A stretch of DNA of 64,000 bases from Gemmatimonadota bacterium (GCA_038153405.1 JAYOYH010000002.1:64001-128000); one strand, 5' to 3'; positions 1 through 9,944 are shown, numbered from the stretch's first letter. The notes: generated by a model not told the origin, from the sequence alone. Program-made: numbers and translations.

Positions 1-1
1 C

Positions 2-619
2 CATAAAACCGGCGATGGGCGTCCTATATACGTGCTAGAAAGAGACGAAGTAGAGGCTTTCCTAGCCGACAAACCCATCGATCTTCTACCAGGTGTAGGT
101 GCGAAGATACGGCACCGGCTGCACGCCCTTCGCATTGAGCACATTGGCCAGCTCGCCCAGGCCGACCTGAGCGAACTCCAGGCCCACTGCGGGCATTTAG
201 CCTCAAAGCTACACCGGGGTGCGCGCGGCATCGATCACGCACCGGTCGCTCCGCATGTTGATGCCGCTTTTCTCTCGGCCGACATCCACTTACCCGTCCC
301 CCTTTACGACATGAGAGAGATCTGTGCCGCCCTGCGTGCCCCCGTTGAGGATCTGGTAGGCCGCTTGCGCCGGCGCCCCATGCGCAGTCGCCATATCAGC
401 GTGCAGATATGGCCAAACAACGGCCGCACCGACGCCTTCGAACGCGAGTTATCACACGATTCCAATCGCGCAGAGGCGCTCTTAGAAGCTATCGCCCAAT
501 GCGTCGAACAGGCCCCCGCACGGGCGGCAGGTATGCGCGGCTGCCGCATAGAAATCCACCCACATAGCGACAAAGCATCAAGACAGCTCGACCTGTTCAC
601 CTCTTCCAACGCACCGTAA
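2..619 (+). CDS. Y-family DNA polymerase (DinB/Pol IV or ImuB-like), C-terminal part; 5' end outside window
   Basis: Frame open from nt 2; HhH motif 'FLADKPIDLLPGVG', 'ARGID..PV', little-finger region, C-terminal beta-clamp motif 'QLDLF'. Confidence 0.8.
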   Translation, partial: HKTGDGRPIYVLERDEVEAFLADKPIDLLPGVGAKIRHRLHALRIEHIGQLAQADLSELQAHCGHLASKLHRGARGIDHAPVAPHVDAAFLSADIHLPVPLYDMREICAALRAPVEDLVGRLRRRPMRSRHISVQIWPNNGRTDAFERELSHDSNRAEALLEAIAQCVEQAPARAAGMRGCRIEIHPHSDKASRQLDLFTSSNAP

Positions 620-625
620 AAACGC

Positions 626-661
626 GCGAGGGGACAGCGCCGCTAAGCGCTGCCCCCTCGC
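626..661. terminator. Hairpin between convergent Y-polymerase and FmdB genes
   Basis: 15-bp arms gcgaggggacagcgc / gcgctgccccctcgc with one mismatch; no clear U-tract. Confidence 0.5.
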
Positions 662-689
662 CAACTGCCACCTTTCCAACCGAGCCCAC

Positions 690-911
690 TCAGGACAGCG
701 AACAGGCTCCCGGACCGCGTGGATCGCCGCAGCTGCCGCAGGGAGCACCGGTGCTTACGGCTGTCGCCACGCCGGCTCCCACGGCAAAACCCGACAGCTT
801 TTTCGCGAGTTTCACGCTGTCGCAGTGGGGACAAGCGGGCCGTTGCTCTCCCTGAACGAGCACCTCGAACTCGCTCTTACAGTTGCGACAGGCGTATTCG
901 AATATGGGCAT
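690..911 (-). CDS. FmdB-family zinc ribbon protein
   Basis: 'MPIFEYACRNC..EFE', 'CPHC', 'KKLS', C-terminal 'CGSC...GAC'; GGAG RBS upstream. Confidence 0.9.
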   Translation of the reverse strand: MPIFEYACRNCKSEFEVLVQGEQRPACPHCDSVKLAKKLSGFAVGAGVATAVSTGAPCGSCGDPRGPGACSLS

Positions 912-923
912 ATGCGATCTCTC

Positions 924-1445
924 CTATGCGTGCAGCGATTTCTGGTATAGACCAACGCTGTAAAACTCGTACGAAGCGGCCTTGTCCGGGAAGTCCATCA
1001 CGTGCACCGTAAAGCGCGAAGGCACGCCGTTATCGGGCATCTGCTCGGCAAAGAACGTGCTGTAAGCTTGAGCATACTCCTTGTATATGCGCTGCTGCTC
1101 TTCGTGGAAGCGCAGCGGTTCAGCCATCGGATTGATGTCCTTGGGCTGCGCACCAAAGGCGTGCACCTCAATAAAGTCGATCTGGGTGAGCGATTGGCAA
1201 ATCTCGGCTTCCTGCAGCCACTTTTCCCAGCAGCGAAATACCATTTCAACTTCTTGCAGCGGCTCCATCCGCACCAACTCTTCCCGCCCCAGCACGCCCT
1301 TGGCAGAATAGCCGCCCGTCAGCCCAGCGAAGTATATTTTGAGGTCTCCGCCGCCAATGTCCTCCGTCACCAGAGCCGACAGGGTCGGTCGCTCCCCACC
1401 GTAATAGTAGGTAAGGCGGCCGCGCTTCTTTACTTGAAATGCCAT
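924..1445 (-). CDS. Divergent Rid (RidA/YjgF/UK114)-like protein
   Basis: 'IYFAGLTG', 'QEVEMVFR', 'Y..FF', 'PSRFTVHV..FP....EF' follow the Rid motif order; GGGAG RBS. Confidence 0.55.
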   Translation of the reverse strand: MAFQVKKRGRLTYYYGGERPTLSALVTEDIGGGDLKIYFAGLTGGYSAKGVLGREELVRMEPLQEVEMVFRCWEKWLQEAEICQSLTQIDFIEVHAFGAQPKDINPMAEPLRFHEEQQRIYKEYAQAYSTFFAEQMPDNGVPSRFTVHVMDFPDKAASYEFYSVGLYQKSLHA

Positions 1446-1458
1446 GCGTGTTCTCCCG

Positions 1459-4332
1459 TTAGTTGAGTGCGTCTACTAATACCTCAGCCCAGTGGCGCGC
1501 CTTGCGCCCAGTAAAATCGGCAATTTGGTGGCGACACGAGGTGCCCACTGCCACCACCTCGACATCGTCTGCAGCGGCATCGATCACGTCAAAAAGACGC
1601 TGCTGACCAACCTGGCGCGAAACGTCGTAATGTTCTTTTTCATAGCCAAAGCTACCGGCCATGCCGCAGCAGCCCGAAGCAATTTCCTCCACCTCAAAAT
1701 GAGTCGGCAGACTGAGGACTTCCAGCGTTGCGGCAGTGCCAATCAGTGCCTTTTGATGGCAGTGTCCGTGCAGCAGCAGCTTGCGCGCAAGGGGCTTGAA
1801 CTCCAGATCTAAATCGCCGGCGCGCGCGCGCGCAGCGAGGAATTCTTCCAGCATAAACACGCTGTCGGCCAAGCGCTGCGCCCCATCGCCGGCGACTAGG
1901 TCGCAGTAGTCGTCGCGCAGGGTCAGGATGCAGCTCGGTTCGATGCCGATAATGGGGATGCCGCGCTCGACGTAGGGCAGCAGCGCGGCAATATTGGCCT
2001 GTGCATGCGCCCGCGCCTGTTCGAGGAACCCCTTGGATATGAGAGGACGGCCGCAGCACACCTTGTTCTCTACCAACACCACTTCGTAGCCAGCGCGCTC
2101 GAGTAACACCGTAGCAGCTGCGGCAATCTGCGGCTCCTCGTACTCGGCAAAGGTATCGTTAAAGAGGACGACCTGCCCTTTGTCGGCGTCACCCGCAGCG
2201 GTGCGCTTGGCAAACCAGCGCGAGAAGGGCTCGGAGACAAAGCGCGGCAGCCTGCGACGCCGGTCGATCCCCAGAAATCGGTCGAGAAACCATCGGCTCA
2301 GCGCACTGCCCGCTATCCAATTGGAAAGCGGAGCCAGCGCCGAGCCAATACGCGCAAAACGCGCTATATATCCGAACAGGTAGGACCGCAGCGGATAGCC
2401 GTGTTCGCGGTGATAATGCGCCAGGTATTCGTATTTCAACTTAGCCATATCGACATTGGACGGGCATTCTGCCTTGCAGGCCTTACACTCGAGGCACAGG
2501 TCCATGACCTGATGCACTTGCTCACCCAGCAGACCGCCAGCCATCGAGCCATTTAACGCGGCGCGCAGCGCATTGGCCCTCCCGCGCGTCGAATGCTCTT
2601 CGTCGAGGGTGGCCATGTAGGAAGGACACATCGTGCCGACTAGTTTTTTGCGACATTGGCCCACGCCCGAGCACAGCTCAACTGCTTCCTGGAATCCCCC
2701 TTCGGCATCAAAGTGAAAAAAGGTCTCCATCTTTTGCGTTGTATAGCCCTGACCATAGCGCAAGTTCTCGTCCATGCGCGGCGCGCGCACAATCTTGCCG
2801 GGATTCATCATGCCGCGCGGGTCAAAGGCGTCTTTGGTCTCGGCCAACAGCTCGACAATGCGCGGACCAAACATCTTGGGGATCCACTCGCTGCGCGCTA
2901 GCCCATCGCCGTGCTCTGCCGACATGGCGCCCCCGTATTCCAGCGCCATATCGCTCATCTCATCTTCTAAAGCGCGCAGTATGGCAATACCCTCGGGCTT
3001 TTTGAGGTTGAGAATGGGGCGGATGTGCAAAACGCCCACGCTGCAGTGACCATAGTAGCACGCATCCACTCCGTGGCGTGCCATGGCCTGCTGCACGCGG
3101 CGCACGAATTCGGGCAGATGCTCGGGAGGCACGCAGGTATCCTCGACGCCAGACGTAGGCTTGGCCTCGCCCTTCATTCCCATCAACAGCCCCAGACCCG
3201 CTTTGCGCAGCGCCCACATATTGGCCTGTTCAGCCGGCGTCAGCGCGCGGGTAAAGGCGTAGCCCATGCCCTTTTCGCGCAGGCGCACCTCCAGTTGGTC
3301 CATTTTATCGGACAGTTCGGTCGCTGTGTCGGCGTAGTATTCGACAAAGAGCAAGGCCTGCGGATCGCCCTGCAGAAAGCGGCGGCGCGGTGCGTGCTCG
3401 ATAGAGGCACCGGTCAAGTCGAGCAACAGTTTATCCGTCAACTCGACTGAGGCTGGCCCCGTTTCCAACGCTATGATATTGGCCTCTAACGACTCGTTAA
3501 GATCGTTGAAGTGCGCGGCAACAAGCCCCTTATGGGGCGGCAGGGGCACCAAGTTTAGCTTAGCTTCCACCACCGTGCACAGCGTTCCCTCGGAACCGAC
3601 GACGATTTTGCTCAGGTCAAAGGGACGGGTTTCGTCGGCAAATTCGTCGAGGTTATACCCCGATACGCGGCGCATGACCGCGGGGAAGCGCGCGCGAATC
3701 TCGTCGGCGTTATCGAGCGCCACCGCGCGCACGCGCCGATAAACTTCGCCTTCGAGATCGTCGCGCGCCGCTTTTTCGGCGTACGCAGTCGCCTCCAGCG
3801 GCCCCATATCCACCGCACTGGCATCGGCCAGCACCGCCCGGAGGCCGAGGACGTGATCGATGGTCTTGCCGTAGATCACCGAGCGTGCTCCGCACGAGTT
3901 GTTGCCGATCATACCGCCGATATTGGCGCGACTGCTCGTCGATACATCGGGCCCAAACAGCAGGCCGTGCGGGCGCAGGAACTCATTTAATTCGTCGAGC
4001 ACCACCCCGGGCTGCACGCGCACCCAGCGCTCCTCAACGTTCAGCTCGAGAATCTCGTTCATATACTTGGAGAAGTCGACGTGCACCGAAGCCCCAACCG
4101 ACTGACCGGCCAGACTCGTGCCACCGCCGCGCGGCAGAATGGACACGCCGTGCTGGGATGCCCACCGAACGAGTTCCACTACATCGGCCTCGTCGCGCGG
4201 AATGACGAGCCCGAGAGGTTCCATCTCGTAAATGCTGGCATCGGTTCGGTACAGCATGCGCGCCACGTCGTCAAAACGCACCTCGCCGCGTAGGCTATCG
4301 CACAGAGATTGGGTTAAATCGGCCGTTATCAA
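1459..4332 (-). CDS. FAD-binding and Fe-S-binding oxidoreductase (GlcD/GlcF fusion, YdiJ/D-lactate dehydrogenase-like)
   Basis: 'PRGGGTSLAGQ', 'GSEGTL', 'AEHGDG', 'CLECKACKAECP', two CCG motifs; probably a non-ATG start. Confidence 0.93.
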   Translation of the reverse strand: MITADLTQSLCDSLRGEVRFDDVARMLYRTDASIYEMEPLGLVIPRDEADVVELVRWASQHGVSILPRGGGTSLAGQSVGASVHVDFSKYMNEILELNVEERWVRVQPGVVLDELNEFLRPHGLLFGPDVSTSSRANIGGMIGNNSCGARSVIYGKTIDHVLGLRAVLADASAVDMGPLEATAYAEKAARDDLEGEVYRRVRAVALDNADEIRARFPAVMRRVSGYNLDEFADETRPFDLSKIVVGSEGTLCTVVEAKLNLVPLPPHKGLVAAHFNDLNESLEANIIALETGPASVELTDKLLLDLTGASIEHAPRRRFLQGDPQALLFVEYYADTATELSDKMDQLEVRLREKGMGYAFTRALTPAEQANMWALRKAGLGLLMGMKGEAKPTSGVEDTCVPPEHLPEFVRRVQQAMARHGVDACYYGHCSVGVLHIRPILNLKKPEGIAILRALEDEMSDMALEYGGAMSAEHGDGLARSEWIPKMFGPRIVELLAETKDAFDPRGMMNPGKIVRAPRMDENLRYGQGYTTQKMETFFHFDAEGGFQEAVELCSGVGQCRKKLVGTMCPSYMATLDEEHSTRGRANALRAALNGSMAGGLLGEQVHQVMDLCLECKACKAECPSNVDMAKLKYEYLAHYHREHGYPLRSYLFGYIARFARIGSALAPLSNWIAGSALSRWFLDRFLGIDRRRRLPRFVSEPFSRWFAKRTAAGDADKGQVVLFNDTFAEYEEPQIAAAATVLLERAGYEVVLVENKVCCGRPLISKGFLEQARAHAQANIAALLPYVERGIPIIGIEPSCILTLRDDYCDLVAGDGAQRLADSVFMLEEFLAARARAGDLDLEFKPLARKLLLHGHCHQKALIGTAATLEVLSLPTHFEVEEIASGCCGMAGSFGYEKEHYDVSRQVGQQRLFDVIDAAADDVEVVAVGTSCRHQIADFTGRKARHWAEVLVDALN

Positions 4333-4391
4333 TCGACGTATAATCCTCTGAAAATCATCATGTTAAGTTTTTATTTATGCCTCGCGAGGAG

Positions 4392-4420
4392 AATGTACTG
4401 CCCATTGCCGAGAGCGTCAA
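4392..4420 (-). promoter_or_regulatory. Sigma70-type promoter for the FAD/Fe-S oxidoreductase operon
   Basis: TTGACG-N17-TACATT on minus strand. Confidence 0.55.
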
Positions 4421-4621
4421 ATAATCAAGGTGGGGCCGCTGCCTTCGCCCCGAATCCACCTTTCAACCGCCCCCTTTGCCGCCCTAAAACTGGTTTGCAT
4501 CGGACCACAACTGCGACAATACGTTGGGGGCCATGACCTAGTACTTTACATGGCTTTGGGGCCTCAATACACTGTGGCAAAACCCTTTCACAACAAATTG
4601 CAAAAAGATAACAATATATCG

Positions 4622-4650
4622 TTGACAAACTTTTGCCACCCCAATATATT
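4622..4650 (+). promoter_or_regulatory. Sigma70-type promoter for zapA
   Basis: TTGACA-N17-TATATT preceded by an A-rich UP-like tract. Confidence 0.65.
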
Positions 4651-4748
4651 GTCTGCCGACCACGTGGTTAGCGCGCAAAAGAGGGGGCTTCCGGGACAAG
4701 GGGAGATCACGGAAGTCCCCACTTTATATATGCATTCAAGGATGACTC

Positions 4749-5078
4749 ATGTCGCGCGATAGCGCCGTCTCCGTTAAGATTTTCAACCAGACCTATCGCT
4801 TGGCCACCAGCCAAGACCGCGATGCCGAGTACGTCGAGCGCGCCGCGGCCTACCTCGACGAAAAGATGCGCGAGGCAGCTGAACACGCCAGCCATCGGGC
4901 CCCCTTGGACATTGCCATATTAGCTGCGCTCAACATTGCCGAAGAAGTGATGGCCGCGCGCGACAAAAAGGCGCAGTTGCTCGATCGCACGGACGCGCAC
5001 ATCGATAGTTTTGCCAAGCGGCTCAACGAAGAGCATGCCGCGCCAGACGACGACTCCCCTGCTGCGCCACGCTTCTAA
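4749..5078 (+). CDS. zapA: Cell division protein ZapA
   Basis: 'VSVKIFNQTY', 'AAYLDEKMRE', 'AILAALNIAEE' followed by coiled coil. Confidence 0.9.
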   Translation: MSRDSAVSVKIFNQTYRLATSQDRDAEYVERAAAYLDEKMREAAEHASHRAPLDIAILAALNIAEEVMAARDKKAQLLDRTDAHIDSFAKRLNEEHAAPDDDSPAAPRF

Positions 5079-5097
5079 CCGACGTCTCACAATCCCA

Positions 5098-6849
5098 CTA
5101 TATGTAGTACTCCCCAGCGGTTCCCGATCTGGGCTGCGGATGCGGCTTGTTGAGAGGGCAGCGCGCCTTGTATTCGGGTGCCAGCCGCGCCCACAAATGC
5201 TCTAGGGCGTGCTGGTTCCAGCGAAAAAAATGATCGCGACCGATATAGTCCATCGCTCCCGAACGCTCAAGGGCTGCGGTAAACTGTCCCTTGGTTCGCG
5301 TGAAGTACACATCCGTGCCCACCGAACGCAGCCTTTCGATTACACCGCGCAACGCCTGCTCTCCAGAGGCATCCATTTGATTGATGCCCTCGGCGTCGAC
5401 GACTAAGTAGCGCAGTTGAGGTGCCCGGGCGGCAATTTCCAGCACGCAGTCCTCAAAATAGCTGCTCGATCCAAAGTAAAGCCTGCCATCAAAGCGCATG
5501 ATGGCGATCTGCTGATCGGGCTGCAAACTGGCCATACTCGAGCCGCGCAACGTGCCGTCGAGATGGCGCGATAACAGCGCCACGTTTGGGCGCATCATGC
5601 GGTAGAAATTGACCGCCAGCGACAGCCCCATACCCATCGCAATGCCCCAGTGCAGCGCCGGCGCCAGCGCTAGCGTCATCGCAAAAGTAATAAAGCCGAT
5701 GAAGCCGTCCTGGCGGCTAATTTTCCAGGCGTGCCACAGCGGTGCGAAGCGAACGAGTTTGGCCACGGCGACGATGATGATGATCGCCAGCGTCGCCTGG
5801 GGCAGGTAGTAGAACAGGGGCGTCAACCATAGCAGCGCAATCGTCACAACCAACGAGGTAACCACCGAACTGAACCCGGTGCGCGCACCGCTGGCGTGAT
5901 TAATCGCCGAGCGGGAAAACGAACCGGAAACGGTGTAGCTCTGAAAAAAACCCGCTGCGATATTGGCCAATCCCTGACCGATTAGTTCCTGGTCTATGTC
6001 TATGCGCTCTTTGGTCTGCATTGCGATAGCTTTGGCAATAGCAATCACCTCCATCAGGCCAATCAGCACCAGCGTCAATGCTCCCGGCAGGAGGCCGATA
6101 ACCGCGTCTATATCAAACGGCGGCAAGCGCAGCGCAGGTAAGCCGCGCGGAACCTCGCCCACTACTATACCGTCATATTCCATCCACCAGGCCACGAGCG
6201 AGGTGACGGCTACTGCAATGAGCACATTGGGCAGGTGCGGCCGGTACGCACCCACTAGCAACAAGAGCAGCCCAGCCAAAAAGGCCATGGCCACCGTCGA
6301 TTCGTGGGCGCCGTATACCCCCGCAACTACAATGTGCCATACGCCCACAATATGATTGGTTTCGTGCGCTATTTCTACGCCCAACACCTTGTGTATTTGC
6401 GACGTGGCGATAATGATCGCAGCGGCGTTGGTAAAGCCGACAACGACGGGTGCCGATAGCAAGTTGGCCAGAAAGCCCAACCGCAAAAGGCCCATTAGTA
6501 GGCGCATACAGCCCACCATGCAGGCCAGCAAAAACGAGTACCCGATAAAGGCCTCGCTGCCCACCGGTGCGACGCGCTGCACGGCGACAAAACTGATCAG
6601 TGCCGCCGTGGCCACTGTGCCCGTAGCCAACTGACGCGAGGAGCCGAAGAGCGCGGCAACAGCGGGTGGGAGAAACGCCGCATACAGGCCGTAGACCGCC
6701 GGCAGGCCAGCCAGTTCGGCATAGGCCATGGCCTGTGGAACCAGCACCATGGCGACGCTGATTCCGGCCACGCAGTCGGCCAACAGCACACGCCGATCGC
6801 GCAGTTCGGGCAGCCAGAGTAAAAATGGAAAAAATCGCTCTAATCTCAT
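5098..6849 (-). CDS. SulP-family anion permease with STAS domain
   Basis: 'VPQAMAYAELAGLP..YGLY', 'GSFSRSA.N', C-terminal STAS 'MRFDGRLYFG..INQMDASG'. Confidence 0.95.
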   Translation of the reverse strand: MRLERFFPFLLWLPELRDRRVLLADCVAGISVAMVLVPQAMAYAELAGLPAVYGLYAAFLPPAVAALFGSSRQLATGTVATAALISFVAVQRVAPVGSEAFIGYSFLLACMVGCMRLLMGLLRLGFLANLLSAPVVVGFTNAAAIIIATSQIHKVLGVEIAHETNHIVGVWHIVVAGVYGAHESTVAMAFLAGLLLLLVGAYRPHLPNVLIAVAVTSLVAWWMEYDGIVVGEVPRGLPALRLPPFDIDAVIGLLPGALTLVLIGLMEVIAIAKAIAMQTKERIDIDQELIGQGLANIAAGFFQSYTVSGSFSRSAINHASGARTGFSSVVTSLVVTIALLWLTPLFYYLPQATLAIIIIVAVAKLVRFAPLWHAWKISRQDGFIGFITFAMTLALAPALHWGIAMGMGLSLAVNFYRMMRPNVALLSRHLDGTLRGSSMASLQPDQQIAIMRFDGRLYFGSSSYFEDCVLEIAARAPQLRYLVVDAEGINQMDASGEQALRGVIERLRSVGTDVYFTRTKGQFTAALERSGAMDYIGRDHFFRWNQHALEHLWARLAPEYKARCPLNKPHPQPRSGTAGEYYI

Positions 6850-6942
6850 TGGATTTCACACGAGTTGACAGGCCGTCGAATACCGGCGTACAATAATACG
6901 GACTTTGATCATATTATCCACTGAGAAGGAGAGAAGACAGCC

Positions 6943-7743
6943 ATGGATCTCGTCCAGTGCGAACGTTTTTTTGCCGACAATGGCTACTTAATCCTTCCCG
7001 ATCTGCTCAGCGACGAAGAAGTTTCCACCAGTCGCGCGGAGGTCGAGCGCTTGCACCGGGTGGCCGCCGACCTAGCGGCGGAAGATGCGCTGCAGCGCAG
7101 CGACTTTCAGCTCGAGCCTTATGTGCAGGGGCCGCGTGCCGACGACTTGCCCATTCTCCGCAAAATCGAAAATACGCGCAGGCACTCCGATTGGTTTGGT
7201 ACCCTAGCGTCCCATTCTCGTCTGGTTCCCGTCGTGCAGCAGTTGCTGGGCGAGGACCTGCTGCTCTTTCGCAGCACGCTCATGCTCAAACCAGCCCATC
7301 ACGGTTCTGCCCATGCGCTGCATCAGGATTCAGCCTACTGGCCGATGGATCCACCCGCACTAGTCACGGTCAGCATTGCGCTAGATGAGGCCACGCCGGC
7401 CAACGGCTGTATAAAAGTCATTCCCGGCAGCCACGAGTGGGAGCTGCAAGAATGGGGACATATCGCCCAGGCGCAGGAGGCCCCGCTCACCCAGCGTCAG
7501 GACATCGACGTATCGGCGCAAATCGACGTGCCGCTCGCCGCTGGCTCAGCAGTCCTCTTTCACAGCAAACTAGTGCACGGATCGGGCGCCAACGCGACGG
7601 ACCGTTCGCGCAATACGGCACTCTACGCATACTTTTCTTCGCGCGTCCACTACCGCCCGGCTCCCAACGCACCGCGGCGGCGCACCTTTCCCGTTATCTC
7701 CGGTATGCAGGGAGCGACAGAACACGAACTGGTGGCCGATTGA
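6943..7743 (+). CDS. Phytanoyl-CoA dioxygenase (PhyH) family Fe(II)/2OG oxygenase
   Basis: 'HQDSAYW', 'IALD.AT..NGC..VIPGSH', 'HGSG.N'. Confidence 0.92.
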   Translation: MDLVQCERFFADNGYLILPDLLSDEEVSTSRAEVERLHRVAADLAAEDALQRSDFQLEPYVQGPRADDLPILRKIENTRRHSDWFGTLASHSRLVPVVQQLLGEDLLLFRSTLMLKPAHHGSAHALHQDSAYWPMDPPALVTVSIALDEATPANGCIKVIPGSHEWELQEWGHIAQAQEAPLTQRQDIDVSAQIDVPLAAGSAVLFHSKLVHGSGANATDRSRNTALYAYFSSRVHYRPAPNAPRRRTFPVISGMQGATEHELVAD

Positions 7744-9944
7744 TCGCCATCGGCCTGCTCGTTCTCTGCGGGCTCTCCGTCCCAGCAGTGCAGGCAGATT
7801 CCTACCAAACCCTGCCGGCTAACCTCCCCTCGCACTACGGCCTTGTGGGCGTGCGCGTAGAAAATCGCGGTGTCGACAGCCTGTATATTACCCAAGTCCA
7901 TCCCGAAGGACCGGCCGCAGCCGCAGGCCTGCGCGTCGGCGACCGCATTGTCGCCATTCCGCCGTATAAGCTGGGCACGGCCGACGAGCTAAGTCGCTGC
8001 GTTCAGAGCTTTGCTCCGGGCGAGAATACGCACATCGACATTCTGCGCGACAACCAACCGAAGCGCGTGCAGATCGCCATTACCGACGTCGGCCATCTCT
8101 ACGACTTGATGGGTAGCGAAGGTCGACGCCCCAACCCGACTGCCCGCCGACACCACCGCTGGGACCAGCAGCGCAGCGGCGCAGAAGAACTGCTCTGGAC
8201 GCTGGCCCAACGATACGATGCGGTCACAGCATTCGAGCGATTGCAGCAAGCACTGCAGATGGAAACGCGGCGCTACGGGGGCGACGAGCGCCTCGACGAC
8301 GTGCACTTTCTCCTCAACAATCCGCTGAAAGTCGATCCATTTACCCGCGACTTGGCGTCCTCCCTCGACGCCGCAGTGGATATGCGCGCCTACGTCGATC
8401 TAGCCCTTGTCCATCTGGACGGGGACCCGCGTAGGGCGCGTCGGTCGCGGTTGCCCCATGTCCCGCTTACGGAGGAAGTGCTCTTTGCCACTCTAAGTGA
8501 AGCCGCAGCGCGCGTGGATAGCGCCTTTGCGGCCATCGCGCCTTCCGAGCGCCGACACCTGCTCTCCACCCCTCCCTCTCTATTGGCGCGCTTTGCCGAG
8601 AACGGCCGCCTAGACGAGGTCGAGGGCGCGGAATACGAGGCCCACAAACGCGCACTTATCCTAGCCAAAAAAGTGGATATCGACCTGCTCTTTAGCGCTG
8701 CACTGCAGGTCGCAGACCTTGCCACCGCGCTGTCTGTACCGCAGGCATTGACCCTGCCGGCAGGTGTCCCCCCCGCGCTATCGTCCGTGGGCGGCTCTCT
8801 ACTTTACGCGCGCCAGACGCCGCTTGGATGGATTATCGTCGGCGGCACCGGTGCCAACTACTACGCCCGCGACGATATCCTGTGCATCATCGATATGGGC
8901 GGCGACGACGTATACGTGCGCTCCGCAGCCGATCCATCCACCGCCTCGTCTGGCGTGTACTTGTGCATTGACTACGGCGGCAGCGACCGCTACATAGGCC
9001 GTGCCGGCAGTGCCATTGGCGGCGTGGATCTACTAGTAGACCATGCGGGCAACGACGCCTACCAGGGGCAAGAAATGGCACAGGGCACATCGTTTTGTGG
9101 GGTTGGCCTACTCTGGGATCGCCAGGGCGACGATACCTACCGCAGCGGGCGCGCCAGCCAGGGGTGTGCATTCTGGGGAGCGGGTATACTCGTCGACAGC
9201 GACGGCGACGATCGCTATGCCATCGCCCAAATGGGCCAGGGGTTTGGCGGCGCGCGCGGCTTTGGCCTATTGGCCGATTGGCGCGGCAGCGACACCTATA
9301 CGGCGGACCACCAAGCGCCCTCGGCATACGGTATAACAGACCAGTTTTCCGGCTGGGCGCAGGGCGTGGGCTGCGGTTTTCGCGGCCAGAGTTCGGGCGG
9401 TATGGGCGTGCTCTACGACCGCGAGGGAAACGACCGCTATCAAGCGGGAGAATTCGCGCAGGGGCTAGGCTACTTCTTCGCGCTCGGCATGCTCTACGAC
9501 CGCGAGGGAAACGACGCCTACCGCGGCAGGCGCTATGCCCAAGGAGCTGCGGCCCATCAGGCCATCGGAGCGCTCGTCGACGCGGCCGGTCACGACCGCT
9601 ATTGGGCACAAACCGCCGCCGGCCAAGGCGCCGGCTGGGACGCGTCTATTGGCTATTTGCGCGATGGATCTGGCGACGATAGCTACCGCGCCGAACACCT
9701 GAGCCAAGGGGCGGCTGCCATGAATAGCTGGGGCCTGCTCATAGACGAAGGCGGCCGCGATCGCTATCGGGCGCACAGCGGCCAGGGACAGGGCGGCTCG
9801 ACGACGTATTGGGGGGGACGTGGAGCGGAAAACGCAGGCGGGTTGATCGACCTAGGCGACCAACCCGACGCGTACGGACTTCCCGAGCGGCGCGATGACC
9901 ACGCTTTCAAAACACCCGGGATTGGAATTTTTTTGGATCGCTAA
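7740..9944 (+). CDS. Secreted PDZ-domain protein with C-terminal Gly/Asp-rich tandem repeats
   Basis: TTG start overlapping phyH stop; signal peptide; PDZ 'GPAAAAGLRVGDRIVAI'; about a dozen 'LxDxxGxDxY' repeats. Confidence 0.75.
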   Translation: MIAIGLLVLCGLSVPAVQADSYQTLPANLPSHYGLVGVRVENRGVDSLYITQVHPEGPAAAAGLRVGDRIVAIPPYKLGTADELSRCVQSFAPGENTHIDILRDNQPKRVQIAITDVGHLYDLMGSEGRRPNPTARRHHRWDQQRSGAEELLWTLAQRYDAVTAFERLQQALQMETRRYGGDERLDDVHFLLNNPLKVDPFTRDLASSLDAAVDMRAYVDLALVHLDGDPRRARRSRLPHVPLTEEVLFATLSEAAARVDSAFAAIAPSERRHLLSTPPSLLARFAENGRLDEVEGAEYEAHKRALILAKKVDIDLLFSAALQVADLATALSVPQALTLPAGVPPALSSVGGSLLYARQTPLGWIIVGGTGANYYARDDILCIIDMGGDDVYVRSAADPSTASSGVYLCIDYGGSDRYIGRAGSAIGGVDLLVDHAGNDAYQGQEMAQGTSFCGVGLLWDRQGDDTYRSGRASQGCAFWGAGILVDSDGDDRYAIAQMGQGFGGARGFGLLADWRGSDTYTADHQAPSAYGITDQFSGWAQGVGCGFRGQSSGGMGVLYDREGNDRYQAGEFAQGLGYFFALGMLYDREGNDAYRGRRYAQGAAAHQAIGALVDAAGHDRYWAQTAAGQGAGWDASIGYLRDGSGDDSYRAEHLSQGAAAMNSWGLLIDEGGRDRYRAHSGQGQGGSTTYWGGRGAENAGGLIDLGDQPDAYGLPERRDDHAFKTPGIGIFLDR

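Noticed and set aside
4430..4762. 110-aa ORF upstream of zapA as a possible zapB
   Set aside because: No coiled-coil character; it runs through the promoter and AT-rich region
5079..5097. 6S RNA expected downstream of zapA
   Set aside because: Only 19 nt before the convergent SulP stop codon
7437..7739. N-terminal extension of the 835-aa ORF
   Set aside because: Overlaps phyH out of frame; the signal peptide begins at the TTG at 7740
9409..9515. Direct repeats as a possible CRISPR or VNTR
   Set aside because: Only two copies, in frame within a protein repeat region; no cas genes
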